A DNA stretch of 64,000 nucleotides from Candidatus Hydrogenedentota bacterium (GCA_963668025.2 CAXXTH010000010.1:416001-480000); one strand, 5' to 3'. Positions 41,420-52,063 are shown, counted from the first letter of the stretch. Program-made: numbers and translations. The notes: a model not told the origin generated them from the sequence alone.

Positions 41420-41441
41420 GGTGGGGCAAGCCCCACCCTAC
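41420..41441 (-). repeat. REP family 1 copy abutting the IS right end
   Basis: GGTGGGGCAAGCCCCACCCTAC. Confidence 0.85.
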
Positions 41442-41447
41442 AAAACC

Positions 41448-41588
41448 GGTAACAATTTAGCCAAGTGGTGAAGAATGACCGGCGAGGGCGTCGGTCATCA
41501 GATGGAAAATGATGTATCAATGCCGGTGCAAGGTAATAAGCAAGACTGCCAAATATCAAATGCTACTTCAGTAGGCTAAAGTGTTAGC
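41448..41588. mobile_element. MITE-like element, copy 1
   Basis: Ends GGTAACAATTTAGCC and GGCTAAAGTGTTAGC; interior matches 62577-62767 in inverted orientation. Confidence 0.65.
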
Positions 41589-41946
41589 AAAACCGCATCA
41601 TATTTTAGTGTAGTTCGTACTACTGTCTGGCAAAACGTTGTTTGCTTTCGATGATACCTAATCGAAATCCAGTCTCATCACATAGTTACATGTTCCGGCT
41701 CTTTACATGGCGTTTTGCATGAATTTTACTCATCATATGGGCGAGACGCCCATGCTACGGGAGATCATACATTGAGAAAAATTTATTGGCGTTCATTCGC
41801 GTCCATTCGCGGTTTAAAAGCAGGCCGTTTGGGTTGCGGCTTTACGGCTCCGCCGCCCTGTGCATTTCATCAAATTATGCTATACTACCCCCATCTTGTT
41901 GGCGCAAGAATGAGGGCTATATGGGGCAGCCCCGGGGCATGGTGCA

Positions 41947-43308
41947 TTGGGCGCGGAAATCCTCCTGCAACCGGAGGCGGCGCGGCATGCGGTAGAACGC
42001 CGGCGCTATCCTCGTTATCCGGCGGCGCGAGACGTCTTGTTCGAGGCGTTGGAAGGCAATCCCGTGCCTCGCCATGGCGTTCTCGTGGATTTGAGCCGGG
42101 AAGGATTCCGTATTCGCAGCGCCAAACCTGAATCAGCGGGAAGCCTGCTCCGCATCCATATCGCACCTTCATGCGCCCGCGCGGATAGCGTTCCTATTTG
42201 CGCCAGAGGACGCATCGTACGGCTCGCGCCATTGCCTGGCGGCCTGTATTCCATCGGCGTGCGGATTCAATTGGACCCTCTCGAAGGCGCTCTCCAGCGC
42301 CGCCGCAATCCTGCTTCCGGTGCGCCTCAAGCCAGCCGCCCAAGCCGCCCTCTAGCGCCCACACCCCTCCGCGTATTGCAGCGGCAAACGGAAGCCGAAT
42401 CTTCCGTACGCCGATGGAGATGGCTTTTCCTATTAGCGTTGCCGCTTTTCTTTTTTTGGGGACGGCCGCATTCTCCGGAACCGCCGACGAACGCCGAAGC
42501 CCTTGCCAGGGGCTCCCTTCCCGACGTTATCCGGCTAGGTAGCCCATATGATGCGGCCGCCCCCATTGAATTCGTTCCAAAAAGCATCGAAGAACGCTCA
42601 AGCCCCGCCCTTTTGCCATGTGCAAATGGAAACGGACATGGCCCGCCAGGGCCGTTAGGATCGCCAACGCAGCCCGCGCCATATGTGCGAAAACCTGTTT
42701 CTCCCGGACATGCATATTGGCTGGCGCGCCGCGGTTTGGCTCCTGCAAAAGCGTATGCATCGTGGCATGCCGTGCGTTTAGGCGGATTGGACACCGCCCC
42801 ACCGGGCGATGAATACCGCGCTACATCGCCGCAGGAAGCCCCCGCAGGATCTCAAGCCGCCCCGCCGCAGGCGTATGCGCCAGCTCCGATGTTTCTTTCG
42901 ACTGCTCCGAAGTGGGCAAACGCCCCTGTGGCGCTGGCCATCAACAAAAATACACACCGGCTTACCGTGTATCTTCATGGAACACCCGCGCGCACCTTTC
43001 TGGTAGGGCTTGGCCGGGATGGCTCCACCCCTTCAGGGGAATACCGCATCTCGACCAAAATTCGCCATCCGGATTGGTGGCGGCGCGGCGAGAGCATACC
43101 GGCGGGCGATCCGCGCAATCCGCTGGGGGAGTTTTGGCTGGGATTATCCCGTAATGGCTCCCCTCTTCCCATAGGGCTGCACCCGACATCCGAGCCCGCC
43201 ACTCTCGGCGCGGACGCCAGCGAGGGATGCATCCGGCTTGCCCCGGAAGACGCTCGGACGCTCTTCCAGCTATGCCCCTCGGGAACGCTTGTACAGATCC
43301 GGGAATGA
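41947..43308 (+). CDS. PilZ domain - TM - Pro-rich linker - YkuD L,D-transpeptidase fusion
   Basis: RRYPR and DLSREG (PilZ); WLFLLALPLFFFW (TM); TPSG.Y.I, NPLG..W and GLH.T.....LG..ASEGCIRL (YkuD); start codon uncertain (TTG). Confidence 0.85.
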   Translation: MGAEILLQPEAARHAVERRRYPRYPAARDVLFEALEGNPVPRHGVLVDLSREGFRIRSAKPESAGSLLRIHIAPSCARADSVPICARGRIVRLAPLPGGLYSIGVRIQLDPLEGALQRRRNPASGAPQASRPSRPLAPTPLRVLQRQTEAESSVRRWRWLFLLALPLFFFWGRPHSPEPPTNAEALARGSLPDVIRLGSPYDAAAPIEFVPKSIEERSSPALLPCANGNGHGPPGPLGSPTQPAPYVRKPVSPGHAYWLARRGLAPAKAYASWHAVRLGGLDTAPPGDEYRATSPQEAPAGSQAAPPQAYAPAPMFLSTAPKWANAPVALAINKNTHRLTVYLHGTPARTFLVGLGRDGSTPSGEYRISTKIRHPDWWRRGESIPAGDPRNPLGEFWLGLSRNGSPLPIGLHPTSEPATLGADASEGCIRLAPEDARTLFQLCPSGTLVQIRE

Positions 43309-43361
43309 CGGCGCATGCCGGAAATTTGTAGTAAGTCCATGCGCCTATGTAGCATAACCGC

Positions 43362-44747
43362 ATGTCTTCACCAAAAGAGAACTTTCTGCGCTGGCTGGAG
43401 CGCTGGCGGCAATTCGCCACACATGACGTATGGCGCATCGGCGCGCCGGGCGAACAAATCCCCCATGGCTTCCTCATCAAGCAGATCCGCGTCATGATTC
43501 TGCTCATGCAAGGCTTAGTGCGCGACGCTTTGCTCTTGCGGGCCTCAGCCCTGGCGTTCACCACGCTTCTTTCGCTGGTGCCGCTGCTCATCGTGATGGT
43601 CTACATTGTCCAAAGCTTCGATCTCCAGGATCAGATCAAGGATTTCATCAAAAGCCAAGTCTTTCGAGGAATCGCGCAAGACAGCGGCGGTGACGCTCCA
43701 GCCATCGTGCTCGACGGCCAATCATTCGCCAATCCCGTGGATATCTTGTTTGATTTCGCAGAACGTGGCTCCAATCCGAAAACCTTAGGTGTTTGGGGAG
43801 TCTTGTTTGTGGTGTTCACCGTGTTTGGCCTGATGAACAATATCGAATCTTCATTCAATCAGATCTGGGGCATCAAGCGCATGCGTTCGATCTACCGAAT
43901 GGCGTCGGATTACATGATGGTGATGCTGCTCTTGCCCTTTCTCGCCGCAGGCATGCTCAGCTCGACGGCCATCTTGAAAAGCACGCTCCTGGAATATCAG
44001 TATTTGCAGCGCTATCTCATCTGGGCGTCGAATTACGCCATTGTCTGGCTCGCGTTCACCGCGCTCTACGTGTTCGTGCCCAACACACGCGTGAAAATCC
44101 CGTATGCCTTCCTGGGCGGCGTCGTGGCGGGCACGCTCTGGAATCTGGCTTCCTGGGCGTATGTCACCTTCCAGTTCGGCATCCTGCGCTACAAGCTTAT
44201 TTATTTGACGCTGGCCCAAGCGCCGCTGCTGCTGGCATGGATTTTCATCAGTTGGGTGATTCTCCTGTTCGGCGCGGAGCTGGCGTTTGCGTATCAAAAC
44301 GAAAAAACCTTCGCCATGGAACGCCTTGCCGCTGGGGCCAGCCATGCCTACCGGGAAGCCGTGGCGCTCCGCGCCATGCTCGAAATGGCATGGCGCTTCG
44401 ATACGGGCGCGCCCGGCCTTGAAACTGCCCATGCCGGGGAAGCATGGAATGTGCCCACGCGGTTGATCAACGAAACGATAGACCAGCTCGAACGGGCGGG
44501 CCTGGTCCGGCGCTGCGCCACGGAGCCTGCTACATTCCAGCCCGCACGCTCTATAAACAAAATCACGTTGGGCGATATTGTCCACGCCTTGCGCGAGGCC
44601 GGACGCGATCCTTCCGCGTTCCGTGAGGACACAGTCTTCCGGTCGCTACTCGACGCCCTTCAAGATACAGGTGGCGGCGCGCTGCACCGAACGCTCGCGG
44701 AAGCGATCCAGGACGAACGCCTGCGCCCCACGCTGGCCATGGAATAA
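43362..44747 (+). CDS. YihY/BrkB family membrane protein with C-terminal Rrf2-like wHTH
   Basis: RASALAF.TLLSLVP, IE.SFN.IW and W.I.L.GAE motifs; C-terminal L...GLV...PAR....ITL.DI. Confidence 0.88.
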   Translation: MSSPKENFLRWLERWRQFATHDVWRIGAPGEQIPHGFLIKQIRVMILLMQGLVRDALLLRASALAFTTLLSLVPLLIVMVYIVQSFDLQDQIKDFIKSQVFRGIAQDSGGDAPAIVLDGQSFANPVDILFDFAERGSNPKTLGVWGVLFVVFTVFGLMNNIESSFNQIWGIKRMRSIYRMASDYMMVMLLLPFLAAGMLSSTAILKSTLLEYQYLQRYLIWASNYAIVWLAFTALYVFVPNTRVKIPYAFLGGVVAGTLWNLASWAYVTFQFGILRYKLIYLTLAQAPLLLAWIFISWVILLFGAELAFAYQNEKTFAMERLAAGASHAYREAVALRAMLEMAWRFDTGAPGLETAHAGEAWNVPTRLINETIDQLERAGLVRRCATEPATFQPARSINKITLGDIVHALREAGRDPSAFREDTVFRSLLDALQDTGGGALHRTLAEAIQDERLRPTLAME

Positions 44748-45027
44748 CATGGCGTTCTCTAGAGACCAAGAAATACACTAAACACACTAAAATAAAAAGG
44801 GAAGTATCGTACGACTTCGACTAATCACTAATGATCCGGCTGTCATCATCAACGCTATTTGTGGATCATGAAAAAGAACACGAATCACATTATCACAGCC
44901 AATTGCTCTTCACGCCAAGACATACTATATTATTTTAGTGTATTCAGTGGTCCAAAAATCTGTACCTTTCGATGCGGCAACCGTATACTAGATTCTTTCA
45001 TGGTTCCCCCAAAAAGGAGATGATAAT

Positions 45028-45753
45028 ATGCTATTGAAAGGCAAGACGGCGCTGATCACCGGCGCGGGACGCGGCATAGGCCGGGCTATCGCCTTGGCGT
45101 ATGCGGAAGAAGGCTGCCAAATCGCCGCCGTGGCGCGCACGGCATCCGAGGTCGAAGAAACCGCCGAAACGGTCCGCACCCTCGGGTGCAAGGCCATCGC
45201 GCTTGTGGCCGATGTGACGAATCCCTCGGGCGTTCAACGCACCATTGATGAAACCCTCGCCGCCTTCGGCGCAATTGACCTGTTAGTGAACAACGCGGGC
45301 TACGCCGATTTCAAGCCCTTCACCGAATACACGCTGGAGGAATGGCAGCAATCCCTGGCCGTGAACCTAACCGCTCCATTTCTATACATGCAGGCCGTGG
45401 CCCCGCATATGATCGAGCGCAAATCGGGCCGCATGATCAACATCAGTAGCGTGGCCGGTTTACGCCCCATCAAACACCAGAGCGCCTATTGCGCCGCCAA
45501 ACACGGTCTGAACGGCCTGTGCAAGGTGCTGGCCATGGAACTGCGCGAATACGGCATCGGCGTCCATTGGGTGTGCCCGGGCGGCGTGGATACGAAGCTG
45601 TCGCAGGAGGCCATGCCCGACCGGGATAAATCGAGCTGGATGACGCCGGATGACATCGCCTATGTGTGCCTGTTTCTCGCGGGGCTAAGCCCGCGCGCCA
45701 CGGTGGACGAAGTCATGATCCGCCGCTTCGGCAGTGTGCCGCTGGGAGGCTGA
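45028..45753 (+). CDS. Classical short-chain dehydrogenase/reductase
   Basis: TGAGRGIG, NNAG and YCAAK motifs. Confidence 0.92.
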   Translation: MLLKGKTALITGAGRGIGRAIALAYAEEGCQIAAVARTASEVEETAETVRTLGCKAIALVADVTNPSGVQRTIDETLAAFGAIDLLVNNAGYADFKPFTEYTLEEWQQSLAVNLTAPFLYMQAVAPHMIERKSGRMINISSVAGLRPIKHQSAYCAAKHGLNGLCKVLAMELREYGIGVHWVCPGGVDTKLSQEAMPDRDKSSWMTPDDIAYVCLFLAGLSPRATVDEVMIRRFGSVPLGG

Positions 45754-45762
45754 ACGCATTTG

Positions 45763-47934
45763 ATGGACCGCCCCGGAGAACAGCCTGGCCTCTTGCCTGC
45801 GGACATACACGCCATGGAGTGCGTGCAAGGCTCCGTGCTGCGCATCGTCTTCGAGAGCGCGGAATCGGGATTCCTGGTGGGGAGGCTGCGTTCCGAGGAT
45901 ACGGGCGATGAAGTCACTTTTGTCGGCTCGATGCTCGCCGTGTCCCCCGGCGACACCATGCGCCTGTGGGGGCGCTGGGAAGAAAATTCAAAATTTGGCC
46001 GCCAGCTCCGCGTGCATCGTTTCGAGACCATCCTGCCTAGCACCATCGACGGCATCGAGCGGTATCTGGGCAGCGGGATGATCAAAGGCATAGGCCGCGT
46101 CTACGCCAAGCGCCTCGTGAAGGCCTTCGGCGCGGACACCTTGCGCATCATCAACGAAGAGCCGGAAAAACTGCGCAATGTGGCGGGCATCGGGCGCAAG
46201 CGCATCCATATCATCAAAGAAGCCTGGCAAGAGCAGCGCGCCATCCAATCGATTATGGTGTTCCTGCAAGGCCACGGCATCCCGATAGGCCAGGCCGTGC
46301 GCATCTACAAACGGTATGGCGATAAGGCCATCACGGTACTGCGGGAGAATCCCTACCGTTTGGCCTACGAGGTTTCGGGCATCGGCTTCAAGACCGCCGA
46401 TGCGATTGCAGCGGAGATGGGCATTCCACGCGATTCTGCCGTGCGCGCCGAGGCGGGCCTGCGCTACTCATTGGATGAGGCGTCAGGCGAAGGGCATGTA
46501 TATATGCCCTGGCTGGAACTCCGCCAGCAAGCGTCGGCGTTGTTGGGCGTGAAACCGGAAGTGCTCGATGCGCCGCTCACAAGCGCCGTGCGCAGTGGCG
46601 GAGTCATCCAAGATGGCGAAGCCATTTACCTGCCCTATCTCCACCAAGCGGAACTGGGTGTCTGCTCGCTGCTGAAGGGGCTTCTCCAAACGCCTATGGA
46701 TAAAGTGTCCATTCAGACGGAGAAAGCCATCGAGTGGGTCGAAAAGACCAAAGGGATTGCATTATCCGAGGAGCAGCGCCAGGCCATCCGCATGGCCATC
46801 GACTCGAAGGTGATGGTGATCACTGGCGGGCCGGGCACGGGTAAAACGACGGTGCTAAATGGGCTGCTGGAGATTTTCGACAAAAAACGGCTGGGCATTC
46901 TCCTCGCCGCGCCGACCGGGCGCGCGGCCAAGCGCATGGAAGCCGCCACGGGCCGTGAGGCCAAAACGCTCCACCGGCTTCTCGAATTTAGCCCAATCAA
47001 TGGCCGCTTCACGCGCGACGAGCAAAATCCACTGGATGCCGACCTGGTGGTCATCGACGAGTGTTCGATGGTGGACATCTCGCTCATGCACCACACCCTC
47101 AAGGCCATCGCGCCAAACACCCGCCTTTTTCTCGTGGGCGACGTGGACCAGCTCCCGTCAGTAGGCCCCGGCAATGTATTGCTCGATGTCATATCGAGCC
47201 AGGCGGTTCCCACCATCTGGCTGAAGACCGTGTTCCGCCAGGACGCCCAGAGCGGCATTGTCTTGAACGCGCACCGCATTAACCAGGGCCAATCGCCCCA
47301 ATTCAACACCACGGACTTTTTTTTCGTCGAGCGCGAGGAACCCGCCCGCGCCGTGGACACCATTCTCGAACTGGTGGCCGAACGCATTCCGCGCAAGTTT
47401 GGCTTCGATCCGAAGCGCGACATCCAAGTCCTTGCCCCCATGCGGCGCGGCGATGCAGGCGTCACGGCCCTGAACGCCGCCCTCAAGGAAGCCCTCAACC
47501 CCGGCGCCGAACCCATCGCCCGGCGGCCTTTCGGCATCGGCGACAAGGTCATGCAACAGCGGAACAACTACGAACTCGATGTATACAACGGCGATATCGG
47601 CGTGCTCACTCGAGTGGACGAAGAGATGAAAGAAGCGCAAGTCCGCTTCGATGACCGCGAGGTGATTTACCCTTTCGACACCTTGGACGAACTCGAACTC
47701 GCCTACGCGGGAACGGTCCATAAAGCCCAAGGCTCCGAGTATCCCGCCGTCGTTATGCCGATGCTGACGCAACATTTCGTCATGCTCCAGCGCAATATTC
47801 TCTATACAGGCGTCACCCGGGCCAGCAAACTCGTGATCATCGTCGGCACGCCGCGCGCGGTGGACCTCGCCATCCGCAACACGAAAGTCACGCGCCGCAA
47901 TACGGGCTTGGTGGAGCGGCTCCGAACGAAATAG
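45763..47934 (+). CDS. recD2: RecD2-like SF1B helicase
   Basis: YLGSG.IKGIG HhH, ENPY.L, GGPGTGKT, DE.SM, GDVDQLPSVGPG and HKAQGSE motifs. Confidence 0.95.
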   Translation: MDRPGEQPGLLPADIHAMECVQGSVLRIVFESAESGFLVGRLRSEDTGDEVTFVGSMLAVSPGDTMRLWGRWEENSKFGRQLRVHRFETILPSTIDGIERYLGSGMIKGIGRVYAKRLVKAFGADTLRIINEEPEKLRNVAGIGRKRIHIIKEAWQEQRAIQSIMVFLQGHGIPIGQAVRIYKRYGDKAITVLRENPYRLAYEVSGIGFKTADAIAAEMGIPRDSAVRAEAGLRYSLDEASGEGHVYMPWLELRQQASALLGVKPEVLDAPLTSAVRSGGVIQDGEAIYLPYLHQAELGVCSLLKGLLQTPMDKVSIQTEKAIEWVEKTKGIALSEEQRQAIRMAIDSKVMVITGGPGTGKTTVLNGLLEIFDKKRLGILLAAPTGRAAKRMEAATGREAKTLHRLLEFSPINGRFTRDEQNPLDADLVVIDECSMVDISLMHHTLKAIAPNTRLFLVGDVDQLPSVGPGNVLLDVISSQAVPTIWLKTVFRQDAQSGIVLNAHRINQGQSPQFNTTDFFFVEREEPARAVDTILELVAERIPRKFGFDPKRDIQVLAPMRRGDAGVTALNAALKEALNPGAEPIARRPFGIGDKVMQQRNNYELDVYNGDIGVLTRVDEEMKEAQVRFDDREVIYPFDTLDELELAYAGTVHKAQGSEYPAVVMPMLTQHFVMLQRNILYTGVTRASKLVIIVGTPRAVDLAIRNTKVTRRNTGLVERLRTK

Positions 47935-48073
47935 CCTCAAAATTAGGCGTAGCCGCACGGTTTCAAGTATGCTATGGCTTGCGCGCATATCATGCCGGGG
48001 CCCGATATATGCGCCGCATGCGTATCACCTGTTTTATGGAATCCTTTACGATGTCATGGAAAGGAACGCTGCG

Positions 48074-50239
48074 ATGGTTCTCATGAAAACACGCCTACTA
48101 GCCGTCTTGCTGGCGGCAGGCTTTCTGGCGACGGGTTGCGGGCAGCCCACCCCAGAACCGGCGGCGCATGAAGAAATCCAGCCAAAATCTGTTATGGAAA
48201 CGGCAACGAGCAAGAATCAAGTCATCATCCGCCGCGATACGTGGGGTGTGCCGCATATTTTCGCGGACAGCCTGGCGGACGCCGCTTTCGGGCTTGGCTA
48301 CGCCCAGGCGGAAGACCGCGCGGAAGACCTATTCATCGCCATTCGCACGGCCACGGGAACCATGGCCGAAGCCTTCGGGGAGGACTACATCGAACAAGAT
48401 TACCGAATGCGCGTGGCGCGCAATGCGGAGCGCTGTCAAACCTATTGGCCGCATGCGCCTGGGCGCTTGAAGGCCATCGGGGATCGCTTTATCCAAGGCG
48501 TCCAGGCTTGGCTCGACGCCCATCCGGGCCAGCGCCCCGCATGCGCCATGGAACTTGAAGGCTGGCAATCCGCCGCCGTCGGATACGCCATGATCCTGCG
48601 CTGGCCCATGGGCGAACTGCAAGATGAACTCAACCAAAAAGAACATGCGCCGGATTACGGCTCAAACGCATGGGCGGTCGCGCCTTCCCGTTCCGCCGAT
48701 GGGTGCGCCATCCTGTTGTCTGATCCCCACCTTACGTGGAAGGGCTTAGCGGTTTTCTACGAAGCGCGCATCCATTGCCCCGAAGCGGACCTCTGCGGTT
48801 TTTTCTGCATCGGCTCGCCGCTCATGGCCTTCGGCCATAATGGCCACGTGGCGTGGGCCTGCACCACCGGCGGCCCTGACACGTCGGATGTCTACCGCAT
48901 GAAGCTCAATCCGTTGAATCCCATGCAATATGAGTTTGATGGCGCATGGCGCGACGCCCAAGTCGAGGCCGTCGAGATCCGCGTAAAGGATGCGAATTCC
49001 ATCGTGCGCCCCGTGGCCTGGACGCATCTCGGGCCGGTGCTCGAAGAGCCGGACCTCCAGCAAGGCGTCGCGTATGTAGGCGCATCGCCCTATTTCACCC
49101 GCACGGGCCTTATCGAGCAGCTCTACCGGATGAACACGGCGCATAATGCGTCTGAATTCCGGGAAGCCCTCGCGATGAACGAATTCATGGCGCAAAACAT
49201 CCTATTCGCGGACACGGGCGGGCATATCGGCTACGTCCGCACCGGGGCCACGCCTATCCGTCCCGATGGGTATGACTGGTCGCTGCCCGTGCCGGGCAAT
49301 ACATCGGCCACGGCCTGGCTAGGCATTCATCCCATGGACGATCTGGTGCAGATCATGGACCCCGTCCAAGGATATCTCCAGAACTGCAACATCACACCAG
49401 CGCGCATGATGAAGGATTCTCCCTTGCAGCCCGAGCGCTACCGCCCCTATATCTACAACGCCACGGCGGATAAGCCCATGAATCCGCGTGGACGGCGCGC
49501 CTTGGAACTCCTCGACGCCGACAGCGCCATCAGCAAAGACAAAGCAATGGCCATCGCCTTTGATGTGCATGACGAACTGGCAGGCCCATGGCAGGCGGCG
49601 CTGCGGGCGGCGATAGCGCTCGATTCGGAACAGCGCATGCAAGACCCTGCATTGGCTGCCGCGGCGTCTTCCGTACTCGCGTGGGATGGGTACTATGCGG
49701 CGGACCGCTATGGAGCCGTGTTGATGCGCTTTTGGCGGCAGCAATGCGAAGCCGCGGAAATGGACAGCGCCGCGATTGCGCCTGCCGAGGCCATCACGCC
49801 GGAATTGGCCCGCACGCTGCTCGAACGGTTCGCGGAAGCCATCGCGTTGTTACAGTCCCGGTATGGCTCGGCGGACCCCGCCTGGGGAGAGGTATTCCAA
49901 GTGGGCCGGGAAGGACGCTTCGCACCCGCATCCGGCGCGGAATATGGCTCCGGCGGCTACTTCACGGAAACCCTGTTCGATGTGCGCTCGGAAGAACAGC
50001 CGGATGGCCGCTTTTTGGCCCGCAAAGGCTCGATGGCCACCCAATTGATGTTTCTGCGGCCCGATGGCGTCGAGTCCTATTCCTGCACACCCTGGGGCCA
50101 AAGCGGCCATCCGGATTCTCCCCATTACATGGACCAAGGAGAACAACTACACGGGCTCCGCGTCTTCAAACCGGCGTGGTTCAATCCAGAAAAGCTGATG
50201 GAGCATCTCAAATCCGAGGAGCGCATTCCGCTGCCATGA
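48074..50239 (+). CDS. Penicillin acylase family (S45) Ntn hydrolase, lipoprotein
   Basis: Lipobox LATGC; RD.WGVPHI, GYAQAED, catalytic G-SNAWAV, DPHL and GQS..P.SPHY.DQ motifs. Confidence 0.9.
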   Translation: MVLMKTRLLAVLLAAGFLATGCGQPTPEPAAHEEIQPKSVMETATSKNQVIIRRDTWGVPHIFADSLADAAFGLGYAQAEDRAEDLFIAIRTATGTMAEAFGEDYIEQDYRMRVARNAERCQTYWPHAPGRLKAIGDRFIQGVQAWLDAHPGQRPACAMELEGWQSAAVGYAMILRWPMGELQDELNQKEHAPDYGSNAWAVAPSRSADGCAILLSDPHLTWKGLAVFYEARIHCPEADLCGFFCIGSPLMAFGHNGHVAWACTTGGPDTSDVYRMKLNPLNPMQYEFDGAWRDAQVEAVEIRVKDANSIVRPVAWTHLGPVLEEPDLQQGVAYVGASPYFTRTGLIEQLYRMNTAHNASEFREALAMNEFMAQNILFADTGGHIGYVRTGATPIRPDGYDWSLPVPGNTSATAWLGIHPMDDLVQIMDPVQGYLQNCNITPARMMKDSPLQPERYRPYIYNATADKPMNPRGRRALELLDADSAISKDKAMAIAFDVHDELAGPWQAALRAAIALDSEQRMQDPALAAAASSVLAWDGYYAADRYGAVLMRFWRQQCEAAEMDSAAIAPAEAITPELARTLLERFAEAIALLQSRYGSADPAWGEVFQVGREGRFAPASGAEYGSGGYFTETLFDVRSEEQPDGRFLARKGSMATQLMFLRPDGVESYSCTPWGQSGHPDSPHYMDQGEQLHGLRVFKPAWFNPEKLMEHLKSEERIPLP

Positions 50240-51240
50240 CCACGCCGCTTGACAGTATGGATATAGTGGCGGAAGTCATCCGCACCCATTACGGATTCGC
50301 CCGGGTGGGCCGGCCGGAGCCGTTGCCCGGAGCCCATCAGCGGCGGCACCAGAAATTAGTGGCCGCTACCTCGGAAGGCCCATTCCTGGCGAAAACATAC
50401 GTGCGCGATCCTTATGTTTTGGATGATCTCCGTTTTCAGCATCGCTTGTCGGACCATCTTTCCCGCCATGGGCTGCCGATAGCGCACATCCAGCCCGCCC
50501 GCAATGGCAAGCGCATTGTCGAGGTCGATGACTGGGCGCTGGAATTGCAGGTGTTTGTACAGGGCGAACCCATGCGCGTCACCCCCGGTACGCTGGCGAT
50601 TGCGGGCGGCGCTCTCGGGCGCTTTCATGAGGTTTGCCGGGATCTGCCCCGCCCGCCGCGTGATGCCCGTTTATGGCGCTTCAGCGAGGTGCCCCGTGGC
50701 TTGTTCGCGCAATTCTTCAACAGCGCATGCGAGGCGGGCGGCGGGCCTGGCGCGATAGAACAATGCAATCAGGTCGCCTTGTTTCTGCATAGTGCGGCAA
50801 AAGCCTTGTCCATCGAAAACCGCGACCGATTCGAGACGGGCCTCATCCACGGCGATTGGCATGGCGGCAATATGTTGTTTCATGACGGACAGCTCGCGGC
50901 GATTTTAGATCTGGAATTCGCCGGTGACGGCTGTTTTCTAGAGGATTTAGCATACGCCGTATCGAGCCTTTGCATCCGCACCTCCACGGACGCCGCGAAA
51001 CTCACCCAGCGCACCGAGCAGTTCCTTCACGCGTATGAAGTCCACCGCCGCTTATCTTTCTATGAACGGGCCGCTTTATTCTACGCCGCCGGCGTCAAGC
51101 AAGTCGCTTCCATCTCTTACCAGCTTCCCTTGCTAGAGGGGCGTTTGGCGGGCCATAATGCCGCCGAATGGCTCGAACGCCTCGCACTCCAATGCGAATG
51201 GATGCATGAACGGGCGCGTGAAATACGTCCCGGAACGTAA
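50236..51240 (+). CDS. APH/type II homoserine kinase-like phosphotransferase
   Basis: IHGDWH..N and DLE motifs; ATG 50236 overlaps the upstream TGA. Confidence 0.85.
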   Translation: MTTPLDSMDIVAEVIRTHYGFARVGRPEPLPGAHQRRHQKLVAATSEGPFLAKTYVRDPYVLDDLRFQHRLSDHLSRHGLPIAHIQPARNGKRIVEVDDWALELQVFVQGEPMRVTPGTLAIAGGALGRFHEVCRDLPRPPRDARLWRFSEVPRGLFAQFFNSACEAGGGPGAIEQCNQVALFLHSAAKALSIENRDRFETGLIHGDWHGGNMLFHDGQLAAILDLEFAGDGCFLEDLAYAVSSLCIRTSTDAAKLTQRTEQFLHAYEVHRRLSFYERAALFYAAGVKQVASISYQLPLLEGRLAGHNAAEWLERLALQCEWMHERAREIRPGT

Positions 51241-51319
51241 CAGCGCGGAGACAAGCGGCTTCACCGGATTGGACAGGCATGCGCCAAGCCTGTGTCGAGG
51301 TGTTATCCAGGCCTGCAAA

Positions 51320-52063
51320 TCAGCCAATGGCGAACAAGCTGTCAATGCATTTCGGAACCGAAGGCATTTCGTCCCAGGTCCGTCCATCGAGAAGACGGCC
51401 GTTCTTCTTTTTGTTGACGCCTCCCCATTGCTTGAAAAAGAACGGAACCTTTGACTGGCGGCAATGGTCGCGAATGCCTGCGGCCCATTCCTTGCGCATG
51501 GGCCGGGCGCTTGGACCGGACTCACCGCCGACAATCGCCCAATCCACGCCCCGCAAGTCTAATGTATCCACCGGACCGAGCAGAGGCTCGAAAGAAACAA
51601 ATTTGATATGGGCGTTTGTCTTGCGCAGATGGTCGATACGAAAGGCGTAATCCTGGCTTTCCACGCTCACACCCATCCAAATATGCGGCTCCCACGGAAT
51701 GGCCGGATTAAGCTCCTCCAGCCGCTCAGCGCGTTTCGTAAGCACCTGGTATTGATGCCAATTGGCCTTGCGCATGATATCGAAAACGCGAAAGATGAAA
51801 TCCACCGGAACCGATTGGTGGAAAAGGTCGCTCATGGAGTTCACGAAAATCGTCTGCGGCTTCTTCCACGTCAAAGGCAGTTCGAGGGCGTGCTCGTGGA
51901 CGGTTATGTCAAAGCCATTGGCATAATTTGCCTGTCCCATGGCCTTCAGCCGCTTGGCCATGCGTTCGGCATAACAATGCTTGCAGCCCGGACTGATCTT
52001 CGTACAGCCCGTCACCGGATTCCAGGTGGATTCCGTCCATTCTATCGCGGAATTATTGGCCAT
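51320..52063 (-). CDS. DUF5131 (phage Gp37/Gp68) three-Cys radical-SAM-like protein
   Basis: [38 protein letters not shown] and FFFKQWGG motifs. Confidence 0.93.
   Translation of the reverse strand: MANNSAIEWTESTWNPVTGCTKISPGCKHCYAERMAKRLKAMGQANYANGFDITVHEHALELPLTWKKPQTIFVNSMSDLFHQSVPVDFIFRVFDIMRKANWHQYQVLTKRAERLEELNPAIPWEPHIWMGVSVESQDYAFRIDHLRKTNAHIKFVSFEPLLGPVDTLDLRGVDWAIVGGESGPSARPMRKEWAAGIRDHCRQSKVPFFFKQWGGVNKKKNGRLLDGRTWDEMPSVPKCIDSLFAIG

Noticed and set aside
49588-50235. N-terminal extension of the phosphotransferase (550-aa ORF)
   Set aside because: Overlaps the acylase gene in another frame and has low-complexity Arg/Gly composition; ATG 50236 couples to the acylase stop
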